Of a stretch of 64,000 bases of DNA, positions 29,041 through 38,573 are shown piece by piece. The DNA comes from Candidatus Heimdallarchaeum aukensis (GTDB lineage Archaea > Asgardarchaeota > Heimdallarchaeia > Heimdallarchaeales > Heimdallarchaeaceae): contig CP084166.1 of NCBI GenBank assembly GCA_021513695.1, positions 1,088,001-1,152,000 of the forward strand, in the 5' to 3' direction. How positions within the stretch are numbered: the stretch's first letter is position 1; every line of letters begins with the position of its first letter. The notes under the pieces are model-generated. The model saw only the letters and a program-made list of their open reading frames with translations, was not told the origin of the DNA and did no database searches. Made by a program: the position numbers and the translations under genes.

Positions 29041-30147
29041 TTATATTTTTTCTTTAGATATAGCTAATTTTTCAATTTTTTCTTGGATTACATTAACACC
29101 TATTCCATTTTCTTTAGGAACCCCTAACTCTCCGTTATTGTCTAGTTTGAAGATAGGATCAATTATGTATTCTGTAAAGTATCTTTCACTTTCACTTATA
29201 TCATTTGGTAAGGTGAAATTTTTCATACTCGCTACTGCAACATTCTTTGCTCTACCAATCCCTGTTTCTAACATCCCTCCAACCCATAGAGGTACTTTGA
29301 ATTCTTCTGCCAATCTATGAATTTCTAAAGTTTCAGTTATTCCTCCCACTCGTGAAGGTTTAATATTGATTATTCTTGTTGCATCCATTTCTAAAGCATG
29401 TTTAGCATCATCAAAACTTTTTATTGACTCGTCTAGACATATGGGGGTAGATATCATTTTTTGTAATTTTGAATGCTCTATTATATCCTTATAATGTAAA
29501 GGCTGTTCGATCATCATTAAATCATATTTATCCAATTTTTTGAATATTTCAGCATCTTTCAAACTATAAGCTGCATTAGCATCTACCATCAAACCTAAAT
29601 CTGGAAAATGATCTCTTATTTGTTTTATTATCTCTACATCCCAACCAGGTTCTATTTTGATTTTTACACGTTTGTATTTTTTTTCAATTGCATATTCTAT
29701 TTTTTGAAGTAAAACTGCGAAATCATTTTCAATCCCTAAGCTAATTCCAGAAGGAATTTTGTTTTTCGTTCCTCCTAGAAGCTCTGAAAGAGATTTACCT
29801 TTTATCGTACCATATAAATCCCACAAAGCATCTTCTACACAAGCTTTTGCCATTGGGTTTCCACGTATTTTAGAAACAATAGAAGTAAAATCTTTTGGAT
29901 GCTCAATTTCTTTTTCTTTTTTCAACCATGGGCCAATGAATTTCTTAATAATGTATGTAACTGAATTATTTGTTTCTGGGGAATACCAAGGTCCTGTATC
30001 AGTTACACTTTCTCCCCACCCACATAGGTCTCCAGATTGAAGTTTAGTTAAGACAATTTCTCTTGTTTTTTGAACGCCAAAACTTGTTCTAAAAGGTCTT
30101 TTCAAGTTCATAATTATTTTATAAATAGTTACAGAGTCTATTTTCAT
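29041..30147 (-). CDS. enolase-superfamily enzyme (o-succinylbenzoate synthase / N-acylamino-acid racemase-like)
   Basis: Mandelate racemase/MLE-family blocks (KIKIEPGWDVE, LMVDANAAYS, IEQPL) with metal-ligand D/E/D spacing. Length is 368 aa. Confidence 0.65.
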   Translation of the reverse strand: MKIDSVTIYKIIMNLKRPFRTSFGVQKTREIVLTKLQSGDLCGWGESVTDTGPWYSPETNNSVTYIIKKFIGPWLKKEKEIEHPKDFTSIVSKIRGNPMAKACVEDALWDLYGTIKGKSLSELLGGTKNKIPSGISLGIENDFAVLLQKIEYAIEKKYKRVKIKIEPGWDVEIIKQIRDHFPDLGLMVDANAAYSLKDAEIFKKLDKYDLMMIEQPLHYKDIIEHSKLQKMISTPICLDESIKSFDDAKHALEMDATRIINIKPSRVGGITETLEIHRLAEEFKVPLWVGGMLETGIGRAKNVAVASMKNFTLPNDISESERYFTEYIIDPIFKLDNNGELGVPKENGIGVNVIQEKIEKLAISKEKI

Positions 30148-30277
30148 TTCAAGATAACACTCTATCTTGTTTTATAACAATTACGTATATTTTTTGCAAA
30201 CAACTCTTTTAAGTGTCGATAAAAAGTATAGACAGTTCTTGAAAATGTCGAAAAAAATATCGACATTTCTCTAAAAA

Positions 30278-31120
30278 TTAAAGTTCAAAATTTTTTTGCA
30301 GGACATAATAAGACTCTATTTCCTCTGGATTCTTTATTACATAGAGATCCACGATTGTATAATTCTTCTTCAAGTAATGTTGGAAAACTTTTCTTGTCTT
30401 CATTCTCCATTCTATTGCTAAAGAGTTATTTTCTTTCTTTATTTCATTAATGTTCGGGGGTATTCTTACAAATAGTAAATCTTTGCTAGCATTTAGTTTC
30501 AAATCCTTAGGGTGTAAAAATTTGTCTTTTTTTTCAGCAGATAAGACTAAATTTACAGATTTTAATGAGCTAGAATAATCATCAAATTTACTTTGAAGTC
30601 TATCTTCCACTCTTCTGCTTTCTATATACCAGTTTACATAGAATCTATCTGTCGGTAATCCTATGTTCTCTGCATCATGCATTTCTCCCCAGTAATTCTC
30701 CTTGTAAGTGTTACATACCGCCCCTAACTTGTGAAGATTTAGAAAAGCGTTCTTGCTTTGTAGAGGATCAAAAGTCCAATTAATTAGTTTAAACCCTTTT
30801 TTTATAGCCCATTTTCTCTGCTCTAGCTTTAACTTAAAACCTAAGCCTAGATTCTGATAATCTTTTTTAACTGCGTTATGGTGTGAGTAAATGAAAAACC
30901 CATATTCTGAAAGATTTCCAATCCATCCCCACACATAACCTATAAGTTCATCCTTTTTATATGCACCAATGAGAACAGCGCCACTCCTTTTAGTTGCTTT
31001 AAATAATCTCCTTGGAACTAATTCTAGATCAGGCATACCCCAAGCTTCTCTCTCAATAGCTTCTATTTCACTGAAACTTTTTTCATCTTCTATCTCTTTG
31101 AAAATGATTTCACTAGACAT
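30278..31120 (-). CDS. GNAT-fold acyltransferase-like protein
   Basis: HHNAVKKDYQNLGLGFKLK (motif A-like) in a 280-aa protein, upstream of the enolase-superfamily gene on the same strand. Confidence 0.4.
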   Translation of the reverse strand: MSSEIIFKEIEDEKSFSEIEAIEREAWGMPDLELVPRRLFKATKRSGAVLIGAYKKDELIGYVWGWIGNLSEYGFFIYSHHNAVKKDYQNLGLGFKLKLEQRKWAIKKGFKLINWTFDPLQSKNAFLNLHKLGAVCNTYKENYWGEMHDAENIGLPTDRFYVNWYIESRRVEDRLQSKFDDYSSSLKSVNLVLSAEKKDKFLHPKDLKLNASKDLLFVRIPPNINEIKKENNSLAIEWRMKTRKVFQHYLKKNYTIVDLYVIKNPEEIESYYVLQKNFEL

Positions 31121-31298
31121 AAAATCAAATTAAAAATAATAAAAGAAGATATAAACGTTTACGATGGTTTACTTTTTCTGAAATACGAAATCATAGGAAA
31201 AAGTGAAAAAAGAAGAGAAGAAAGAAAAAAAAGAGGAAGGAGAAGAGGAGAGGAGAGGGAAAATGAGGGTTTTATATAGGGGAAAAAAGTAAGAAGAA

Positions 31299-32559
31299 AT
31301 GAAAGAAAAAATGAGTAGAAAGGTGTGGCGAACTGAGGAAATATGGGTGAAGGATTCGATCACTCTAAAACAGTTGGCACACAAGGTAAAAAACTTGTAT
31401 AATCAAGCAAATTATATTATTAAGTATCAGTTAAGAAAAAGTAAATATTTCACAAAAGAGTTTGAACTGATGAATATTTTAAGGTATCACCCGACTTACA
31501 CAGCTTTACCTGGTCATACGGCACAACGGACGATAAAGTTTCTATGTTTAGCGTGGAAAGGGTATTTTAGGTCTTTAGAAGAATGGAAAAAGGAACCAGA
31601 AAAGTTTAACGGTAAACCCTGTCCTCCAAGATATAAGAAGAAAGAAGGACTTGCTATAATCTATTTTACTAACTCTCAAGTGAAAATTAAAGAAGAAAAA
31701 GAACAAGAAAAAGAAAAATTTTTTATCTCTTTCCCTAAACGTGTAGGACTAAAGATAGTTACAAGACTGTCTCCTTCAACGAAAGTGAAGTTTGCCCGTC
31801 TCATACCTATGGGGACGAAGTTTAAATTAGAGATAGTTTACGAGAAAGAGGTAGAAGAACAAAAAAAAACGACATGCAGAAAGAGTTCTAGCTCTTGATC
31901 TGGGAGTGAATAATTTAGTCGCAGGTTTAACCACTATTCCAGGTGAAAAAGGTTTTCTGATAAATGGTAGACCCATTAAAGCTGTTAACCAGTGGTTTAA
32001 TAAACGTAGGGCAAAGTTACAGTCAATCTATGACAAGCAAGGATTAACCACCTGGGGAAGAAAAATGTTTCAACTCCAGTTAGAACGAATGTGTAAAATC
32101 ACCAACTATTTCCATAAAGCAAGTAGAAAAATAGTAGACTATTGTTCAGAAAAAAACATTGATACGATAGTTATAGGTTACAACCCCCGATGGAAACAAG
32201 AAGTGATTATGGGTAAAAAGAATAATCAAACCTTTGTTTTTATACCCTTCAAATCGCTAATTGACAAAATCACTTACAAAGCAGAAGAAAAAGGAATAAA
32301 AGTTCTTCCTACCGAAGAGTCCTACACCTCTGTCTACAGTTTCTTGGATAATGAAGAGATAGCTTTCCACCTCCATTATGCTGGTAAAAGAATCCATCGT
32401 GGACTATTTATCAGTACCAGAGGATTAAAAATTAATGCTGATATCAACTCTGCAGGTAATATCGGTCGCAAAGTATTCCCCACGTTATTCTCTGTTATGT
32501 CTAACTACGGGATAGTCTGGGGTGCAGTGGTTCACCCCGTCCGTTGGAAAATAAGTTAG
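31299..32559 (+). pseudogene. tnpB: tnpB (RuvC-like RNA-guided nuclease family), frameshifted in an A9 run near 31860
   Basis: Split across two ORFs (199 aa and 217 aa). RuvC-I ALDLGVNNL is visible in copy 2, and the RuvC-I region is at the frameshift in copy 1. RuvC-II is EESYTS and RuvC-III is NADINSAGNI. No CxxC...CxxC zinc finger lies between RuvC-II and RuvC-III. Confidence 0.6.
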
Positions 32560-32639
32560 TTAGTTGAGTTAGTTAGTCCAGCTCTTACGCTGTTCTTTCT
32601 TTCTCTTTATTTTTCGACCGACTAAACTTACTCTTTCTT

Positions 32640-32660
32640 CCGATTTTTAATCAAAATCGG
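32640..32660 (+). repeat. IS right-end subterminal hairpin CCGATTTT-TAATC-AAAATCGG
   Basis: Perfect 8-bp inverted repeat. The same hairpin is at 42803..42823 in copy 2. Confidence 0.6.
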
Positions 32661-32687
32661 AATTTGGGAAAAGGTAAACCATAAGGA

Positions 32688-33677
32688 TTAAGGTATAAGT
32701 CCCCAGAAAAAGGCTTCCAAAAGTTTTGTTTTGAACTCTTTAGTTGTAGAGTAACAGGAAGAGAAGAAAGCTACATTATCGAGTATATCTTGCAAATTGC
32801 TGAAAAATGCACCATATTCTACACTTAGCTTTTCAATATCGACGTTATAACGAATCAATACACCTATTTTCTTCAAGTTCTTTTTCTTAAGCAATGAATC
32901 CTTGAGTGATTGATATTTCTCTTTCATGATGTCTAGCATCAACAAGAGAACTTCTTGTTCATTAGCAATATCGCTATCAATCTCTTCTAAAGGAATAATT
33001 GAAAACTGGAAAGTTTTAGTTTTTATTATTCCTACCTCATCTTCAAATTTAACAAAGGTAAAAGGTAATGTTAAGAGCAAAGAGGCGAATGAGTTCTTTA
33101 TCTTTTCAACTTCTTTCTTTGAGTAAAGTAGAGCTATTTTTTTAACTTTAGTTTTAAATAATCCTTTACTAATAAGTTCTTTTAGTTCTTGAGTAAGAAG
33201 ATTTGCTTGTGAAACACTTAACAACTCTCTTACAATCCTTTCATATTCGTTAACAATACTTGTCAATAGTTTTTCATCTACTTGATCAATAGATTTAATG
33301 TTATGAAACTTATAAATGAGCAATTTAGCAAACTCTTCTCTAAAATCATCTATTTTGCTTACTATTTCAGGAACAAGACACAATAACAATCCTATGGTTT
33401 TCTTTTTCATTCTTTTATCTTGCATCGTAGGATCGTCAACTAGGAAAGAAAACGCATATTGAACAAATCCTTCAGAGAAGGCAAAAGGGAATGGTCCATA
33501 CAGTTCAGAAGATATTTCATCAATGTCAACTACACCTTGAAAAACAAGTGAATAGGTCATAGCTCCAGAGAACTCAAACTTATCTATTATCTCTTCTTCA
33601 AATTGAGTCTCTTCAGATGTTACCATTTGAGTTAATGCTGGACCTATATCTTCAAGTTTAAACAATGCTATAAGCAT
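32688..33677 (-). CDS. hypothetical 329-aa protein
   Basis: ORF only. Confidence 0.4.
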   Translation of the reverse strand: MLIALFKLEDIGPALTQMVTSEETQFEEEIIDKFEFSGAMTYSLVFQGVVDIDEISSELYGPFPFAFSEGFVQYAFSFLVDDPTMQDKRMKKKTIGLLLCLVPEIVSKIDDFREEFAKLLIYKFHNIKSIDQVDEKLLTSIVNEYERIVRELLSVSQANLLTQELKELISKGLFKTKVKKIALLYSKKEVEKIKNSFASLLLTLPFTFVKFEDEVGIIKTKTFQFSIIPLEEIDSDIANEQEVLLLMLDIMKEKYQSLKDSLLKKKNLKKIGVLIRYNVDIEKLSVEYGAFFSNLQDILDNVAFFSSCYSTTKEFKTKLLEAFFWGLIP

Positions 33678-34045
33678 AATTATAACTATTTAAAAAAGAA
33701 TATTAAAACTTTACATATGCTTGACCTGTCTGTTTACTCAATAGACCTAGGTTACACTTTTGGGCACTAGAGAAACACAGAGGTGATTCATAAGTTTTTT
33801 TCCAGGAGTAGGGAGGTTAAGAGACTAGTGAAGGAGACTAAAATTGTAGTAAGAGCGGTAGAAGGAGAGGTCGGGGGAGCAGTAGGTTAGTCCTAGTCTT
33901 TTCGCTCACGGATGATCATTTACCCTCGTAACCCACTTTCTATTTGTTTGTTACCAACGTAGGTAGAGTAAATAGTTCAAAGAAATAAGGCTTTTATTAA
34001 ATAGAGAATCTTTTAGACTATTCTCTATGTAAAAAAAAAAGAAAA

Positions 34046-36817
34046 TTAATTCTTTTTTCTCTTTAGGACTGCTAAGCTAAAGAATGAAAGAATAGTAATA
34101 GTAATAAGAGGATGAAAACTTAAAATCATTGTATTATCATTCGAGGTCGTATTTTCATCTTGGGATTCAACAACTTCAAAAGAATAATAGTTTCCATTAT
34201 TATCTGCAATGGCTTCATTTGGATTAGCAGCAATGTCTACAGCTTTGATATAATATTCTACATAATCTCCAGCGTCTAGAGGACTTAACGTTTTAGTATA
34301 GAGATATCCATCGGAAGAACTCATTGATTTAGCATCCCAAGCTCCACCATTAATTCTTATATAGAGTGTAACTGAAGCGATACCAACATTATCTGTAACC
34401 TCTGCAGAAATTTTTACATAATCTTGAGATGTTGGATTTGAAGGGCTATGAAATACATTTTGGATTGTAGGTTTTTGAGTATCTGGTTCTAATACGGTAA
34501 AAGAGTAATATAGACCATCGTTGTCGTAGGTAATTGTGTTGGAATTTTCTGAATTATCAGCACAAGTAATATAATAATCTATTTTCTCATTTGCTAAAAA
34601 TGATCCTATGTTTTTTGTAAATTTGTTCTGAATTTGAGAATCCACTTCCATTTGTGCTTCATTCCAGGCTGAACCATCAACCCGATAGTACAAAGTAACT
34701 GAAGCTATTCCTGAAGCATCTTCTAAATAAGCTAGAATAGTAACATTTTGACCTTCAAAAGGATCAGCTGGACTATGAGTTATTTCTACAAGCTCAGGAG
34801 GAGTAGAATCTGGTAAAAGTTCAAAGATAGATAGACCAAAAGTTTTCGAACCTACATATACCATTGAATTATTTACAAAAATTGTATCACATTGAGCATA
34901 TCCACCATATTCCCAACCTAAGGAATTGGAACTAGCAATCTTTTCAAGATTTGAAGGGTCAACAGTGACATTAAAGACTTCTAAACCATATCTGAAAGAA
35001 GTTACATAGAGTAGGCCATTTTTATAATAGAAATTAGACGGATAATAATCTGTAAATTCTTTTAGCTTCATTATACTAGTTATATTTGATATATCAAACA
35101 CTTTGAATGATGACCCACATGCAAGATAAAGGTAGTTTCCAACTATTTTAAAGTTAAGAGTATTCTCATTATCGGAGAAATATGATAACACTTGAGGATT
35201 ATATAAATCAGAAACGTTTACGAAAACTAATTCATTGTAATCGTAATACCTGCTTCCAAGAACAACTATATCCCCATATTTATCTATGTCAGTTAAAATC
35301 GCAGAAGATACGCTTATTGAAGAGATTTCGTATGGGGTAGTTGGTTCTGTCATGTTAACAATAAGCAGTTTACCATCTTCGTCAGATACTAAGAATCCAA
35401 TGCCATTTTCAACTACGATATCTTTAATTCTTTTGTGTGTTCCTACAAATTGTCCTATTTTATTTGGACTAAGAGGGTCTGTGATATTCAAAATATCTAT
35501 TCCATCCCAAGATTTTGCAATATAGGCTCTATCATCCTCAACCTCTAGTGCAAAAATCTCTCGATACATACCTTCATTAGTTAAGTATTGAGAAATTATT
35601 TTTGGAGATGAGGGATTTATAACATCAATAAATGTGATATCACCTTCTCCATTTGCGACAACAACATTTGATTTATAAGTAGAAATATCAGTAATCCAAC
35701 CCCATTGGGTAGTAATATCTAAGAGCTCTGGATTGTATATATCGGTAACATTAACTGTTATCAATCCTCCTCCCCCTCCAGCGATGTATGCAAATTGTTG
35801 ATTATATACAATAAGGTCATTAATTCTATTGTATTTAACATTACAACTTGAAATTAAAGTAGGATTCGAAAGAACAGATACATTAAACAATCTCATATCC
35901 ATGTAAGTACAAGTAACATAAAGAATCTGATTTTCAAGGTAAAGCCCCGTCATTCCTGCATAAGGTTCAGAATACTCTCCGATCTTTACGGGATTAGATG
36001 GATTTGTACAATCTAGAATAATGAGATGATCTTGTCTGTCTGCAATATATACGATATCATTATCCGCAATGACATCACAAGCATAACAATTATAAGTTGC
36101 TAATAAAGCTGGTGATGAGGGATTTGAGACATCAAAAATTTTCACGCCTAAATTTTGATCCGCGGCAAATATAGTTGAACCTTCACCTGTGATACTTTGA
36201 GGAAATTCAAAATTACTTGTCATTGCAAGAAATTCAGGATATTGGGGATCAGAAATATCATAAACACAAAGACCTTTGTTAACATCAGTTATATATGCAT
36301 ATGAATCATTTAGATATATAGAAGTGGGTCTTTGTAAACTCGATTCAGAAGCAATGAGTTGTGGATTAGCTAAATCAGTTGACATATCTAGTACAATCAA
36401 TCCCTTTCCATCAACAACTAAGTAAGCATAAGGATAGTCAATCTTTACATCTAAGACACGACCATCAAAATCTAATTCATTAGAGATCGTAGGGTGAATT
36501 TCATTTTCAATATTGAAAATAGTTAATCCCCTTGCATCATTAGCAGCATAGATGTAGTTTCCATATTGTTCAATTGAAATTGTTGTACCTTTGTAATAAG
36601 TAGATAAGTGATTTAGTTCCCGTTTAGGTGCATTTTTTTGTTTTTCAATGTCTTGAAGTTTTATCGTTGTTTTATCTTGTTCCATGCTTGCTCCATCCGT
36701 CAATTTAACTAATTTGGAAGTTTCATCCAACAAATTATTATTTAAATTAGATCCAATAACAAAAATGAAGCTTAAAGCAATTAATTTATAGATTTGGTTC
36801 TTTTTTATAGTTTTCAT
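34046..36817 (-). CDS. large surface protein with LVIVD beta-propeller repeats, Ig-like C-terminal domains and a C-terminal TM anchor
   Basis: It has a signal peptide and repeated motifs YAYLVVDGKGLIVLDMS..NP, YAYITDVNKGLCVYDISDPQYP and GVKIFDVSNPSSP (LVIVD/PF08309-like). The C-terminal helix is followed by a KRKKN tail. Confidence 0.65.
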   Translation of the reverse strand: MKTIKKNQIYKLIALSFIFVIGSNLNNNLLDETSKLVKLTDGASMEQDKTTIKLQDIEKQKNAPKRELNHLSTYYKGTTISIEQYGNYIYAANDARGLTIFNIENEIHPTISNELDFDGRVLDVKIDYPYAYLVVDGKGLIVLDMSTDLANPQLIASESSLQRPTSIYLNDSYAYITDVNKGLCVYDISDPQYPEFLAMTSNFEFPQSITGEGSTIFAADQNLGVKIFDVSNPSSPALLATYNCYACDVIADNDIVYIADRQDHLIILDCTNPSNPVKIGEYSEPYAGMTGLYLENQILYVTCTYMDMRLFNVSVLSNPTLISSCNVKYNRINDLIVYNQQFAYIAGGGGGLITVNVTDIYNPELLDITTQWGWITDISTYKSNVVVANGEGDITFIDVINPSSPKIISQYLTNEGMYREIFALEVEDDRAYIAKSWDGIDILNITDPLSPNKIGQFVGTHKRIKDIVVENGIGFLVSDEDGKLLIVNMTEPTTPYEISSISVSSAILTDIDKYGDIVVLGSRYYDYNELVFVNVSDLYNPQVLSYFSDNENTLNFKIVGNYLYLACGSSFKVFDISNITSIMKLKEFTDYYPSNFYYKNGLLYVTSFRYGLEVFNVTVDPSNLEKIASSNSLGWEYGGYAQCDTIFVNNSMVYVGSKTFGLSIFELLPDSTPPELVEITHSPADPFEGQNVTILAYLEDASGIASVTLYYRVDGSAWNEAQMEVDSQIQNKFTKNIGSFLANEKIDYYITCADNSENSNTITYDNDGLYYSFTVLEPDTQKPTIQNVFHSPSNPTSQDYVKISAEVTDNVGIASVTLYIRINGGAWDAKSMSSSDGYLYTKTLSPLDAGDYVEYYIKAVDIAANPNEAIADNNGNYYSFEVVESQDENTTSNDNTMILSFHPLITITILSFFSLAVLKRKKN

Positions 36818-37006
36818 TTATAAAGCACCATTCGTGTACTATTCTATGTTAAATAAATTAGATTATAAAAATATTATGGAAAACTAAATAGTTAAAATGT
36901 TCTATATTTTTTTCTTCATTTGAATATGTTATTATTTTCTTCCACATGTTTCTGTTGGTTAAAATTGCCTTTATAAAAAAGAAAATGAGTGAATATTTAT
37001 CATAAA

Positions 37007-38029
37007 CTATTTTTTCTTTTTCATCAAAATCCATGAAGTCAATGAAAGTAGTATTAGAGAGAAAATAGCACCAATGAACGGAAATGAAGCACTCTCTGCT
37101 AAATTTTCTGGATTTTGAAGTGCATAAATATCATATTCAATTAATGAAATATATGAAGTTAATCCAAAAGCTGGTAACAATGGTGACAAAGAAGCAATTT
37201 TCGCTCCTGTTTCGCTCACAATCTGACTTATTACATTTGCATCAAATTGTGGTTGAACAACAATAGTTTTCACATTTTCTTCTTTCATCTCATTTATTAC
37301 ATTCTGTATATGCTCGGGACTGGGCTCTGTTTCATGTTGTTCTTCAATTATTGCAACTCTTTCAATACCTAAAAGATCAAAAAGATACATAAAAGAGGGG
37401 TGATGTACAACAACTTTCATTCCTTCAACTTCAGGTCTGTATTCATCATTTATTCTTTTTATTAAGTCATCAAGATCATACAGATAGTTATCTCTATTAG
37501 AGAGGTATTTTTCTTCATTTTCAGGGTCTAAGGAAATAATTGTTGTAGTAATATTTTTCACAAAACTTTTTGCATATATTGGACTCATCCATACATGAGG
37601 ATTAAGAAAACTCTCATCTGCTGCAGGATCCTCTCTCATTATACTCTCATTAGCCAATGTAATAACTACCAAATTAGGATTATCTTCTAATATTGAATCC
37701 ATAGCTGAAGAAAGCCAAGATTCTAGTCCTTCTATCCCTAAACGTATGAGAACATCTGCTTCTGAAAGCAATTCTCGTTCTTGAGTAGTCATTTCATATG
37801 TATGAGGATCTTCAAGACCAGAAACAATAGAGATAGGAGTGAACAAACCTTTCCCAATTTCATAAGCCCAATTTTGTACTATACCTATAGTTGTAACGAC
37901 GTTTAAAGTGTCATTAGGGTCAAATTCTTGTTTTTGCAGTGCTAAAGCGAGATTCCTCTCAGTATTAAGATTTGCGAACATTAACGCTGTGAAGAATAAG
38001 AGAAAAGCCATCATTCTTTTTTTATTCAT
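37007..38029 (-). CDS. metal ABC transporter substrate-binding protein (ZnuA/TroA family), membrane-anchored
   Basis: Cluster-9 SBP blocks (VVTTIGIVQNWAYEIG, DPHTYEMT, NPHVWMSP) and a C-terminal TM helix + KKKK tail. It is divergent from the DtxR-permease-ATPase operon. Confidence 0.7.
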   Translation of the reverse strand: MNKKRMMAFLLFFTALMFANLNTERNLALALQKQEFDPNDTLNVVTTIGIVQNWAYEIGKGLFTPISIVSGLEDPHTYEMTTQERELLSEADVLIRLGIEGLESWLSSAMDSILEDNPNLVVITLANESIMREDPAADESFLNPHVWMSPIYAKSFVKNITTTIISLDPENEEKYLSNRDNYLYDLDDLIKRINDEYRPEVEGMKVVVHHPSFMYLFDLLGIERVAIIEEQHETEPSPEHIQNVINEMKEENVKTIVVQPQFDANVISQIVSETGAKIASLSPLLPAFGLTSYISLIEYDIYALQNPENLAESASFPFIGAIFSLILLSLTSWILMKKKK

Positions 38030-38117
38030 TTGTTTTACCTCCGATTTACGACTCTTCGTAAATATTTCAATAAAACAAAATTTATAAACTTTACTTTATT
38101 TCAATTTATTAGAAAAG

Positions 38118-38573
38118 GTGAAAAGCTTGATCTTAGAAGATGATCAACAGATAGATATTTCTATCAATGAAAAAATAATTCTAGATTTTCTCTATCGCTG
38201 GATTCGTCCTATTCGCGTAGGAGACCTGAAAGATTATTTGAATGTTAAACATTCTACACTTAATTCACAGCTTCAAAATTTAGAAGAAAAACAACTGATT
38301 AGATGGAAAAGATATGGTAGTGTAGAACTTACAGAAAAGGGAAAGAAGTATTCATCTCATTTAACTCGTCATCACAGGATTTTAGAACTATTTCTTGTTG
38401 AAACTCTTTCCATTTCTATATCTGAAGCACATGAGATTAGTACAGAGATAACTCCTGTGGCTAGTTGTAAGTTTATTCAACACATAGTCCAACGATTTGG
38501 TGAACAAGAAAAATGTCCTTGTGGGAATGAAATCCCCAAGATTGAGGGTAAATGTTCAATTGGAGGGGTCTAA
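38118..38573 (+). CDS. DtxR/MntR-family metal-dependent transcriptional repressor
   Basis: wHTH then HLTRHHRILELFLVETL, the dimerisation/metal-site helix typical of DtxR. Confidence 0.65.
   Translation: MKSLILEDDQQIDISINEKIILDFLYRWIRPIRVGDLKDYLNVKHSTLNSQLQNLEEKQLIRWKRYGSVELTEKGKKYSSHLTRHHRILELFLVETLSISISEAHEISTEITPVASCKFIQHIVQRFGEQEKCPCGNEIPKIEGKCSIGGV

Larger units (their letters stand above)
31172..32682 (+). mobile_element. TnpB-only IS200/IS605-like element (IS1341-type), copy 1
   Basis: About 1.5 kb are roughly 90% identical to 41338..42844, including flanking non-coding ends. A subterminal hairpin sits at the right end, and there is no tnpA. Confidence 0.65.

Noticed and set aside
31169-31290. 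Purine-rich GA/GAA low-complexity tracts upstream of both tnpB copies (also 41360-41450), considered as a microsatellite or CRISPR leader-like sequence
   Set aside because: They are part of the conserved left end of the two IS copies (same sequence in both). There are no repeat-spacer units and no cas genes.
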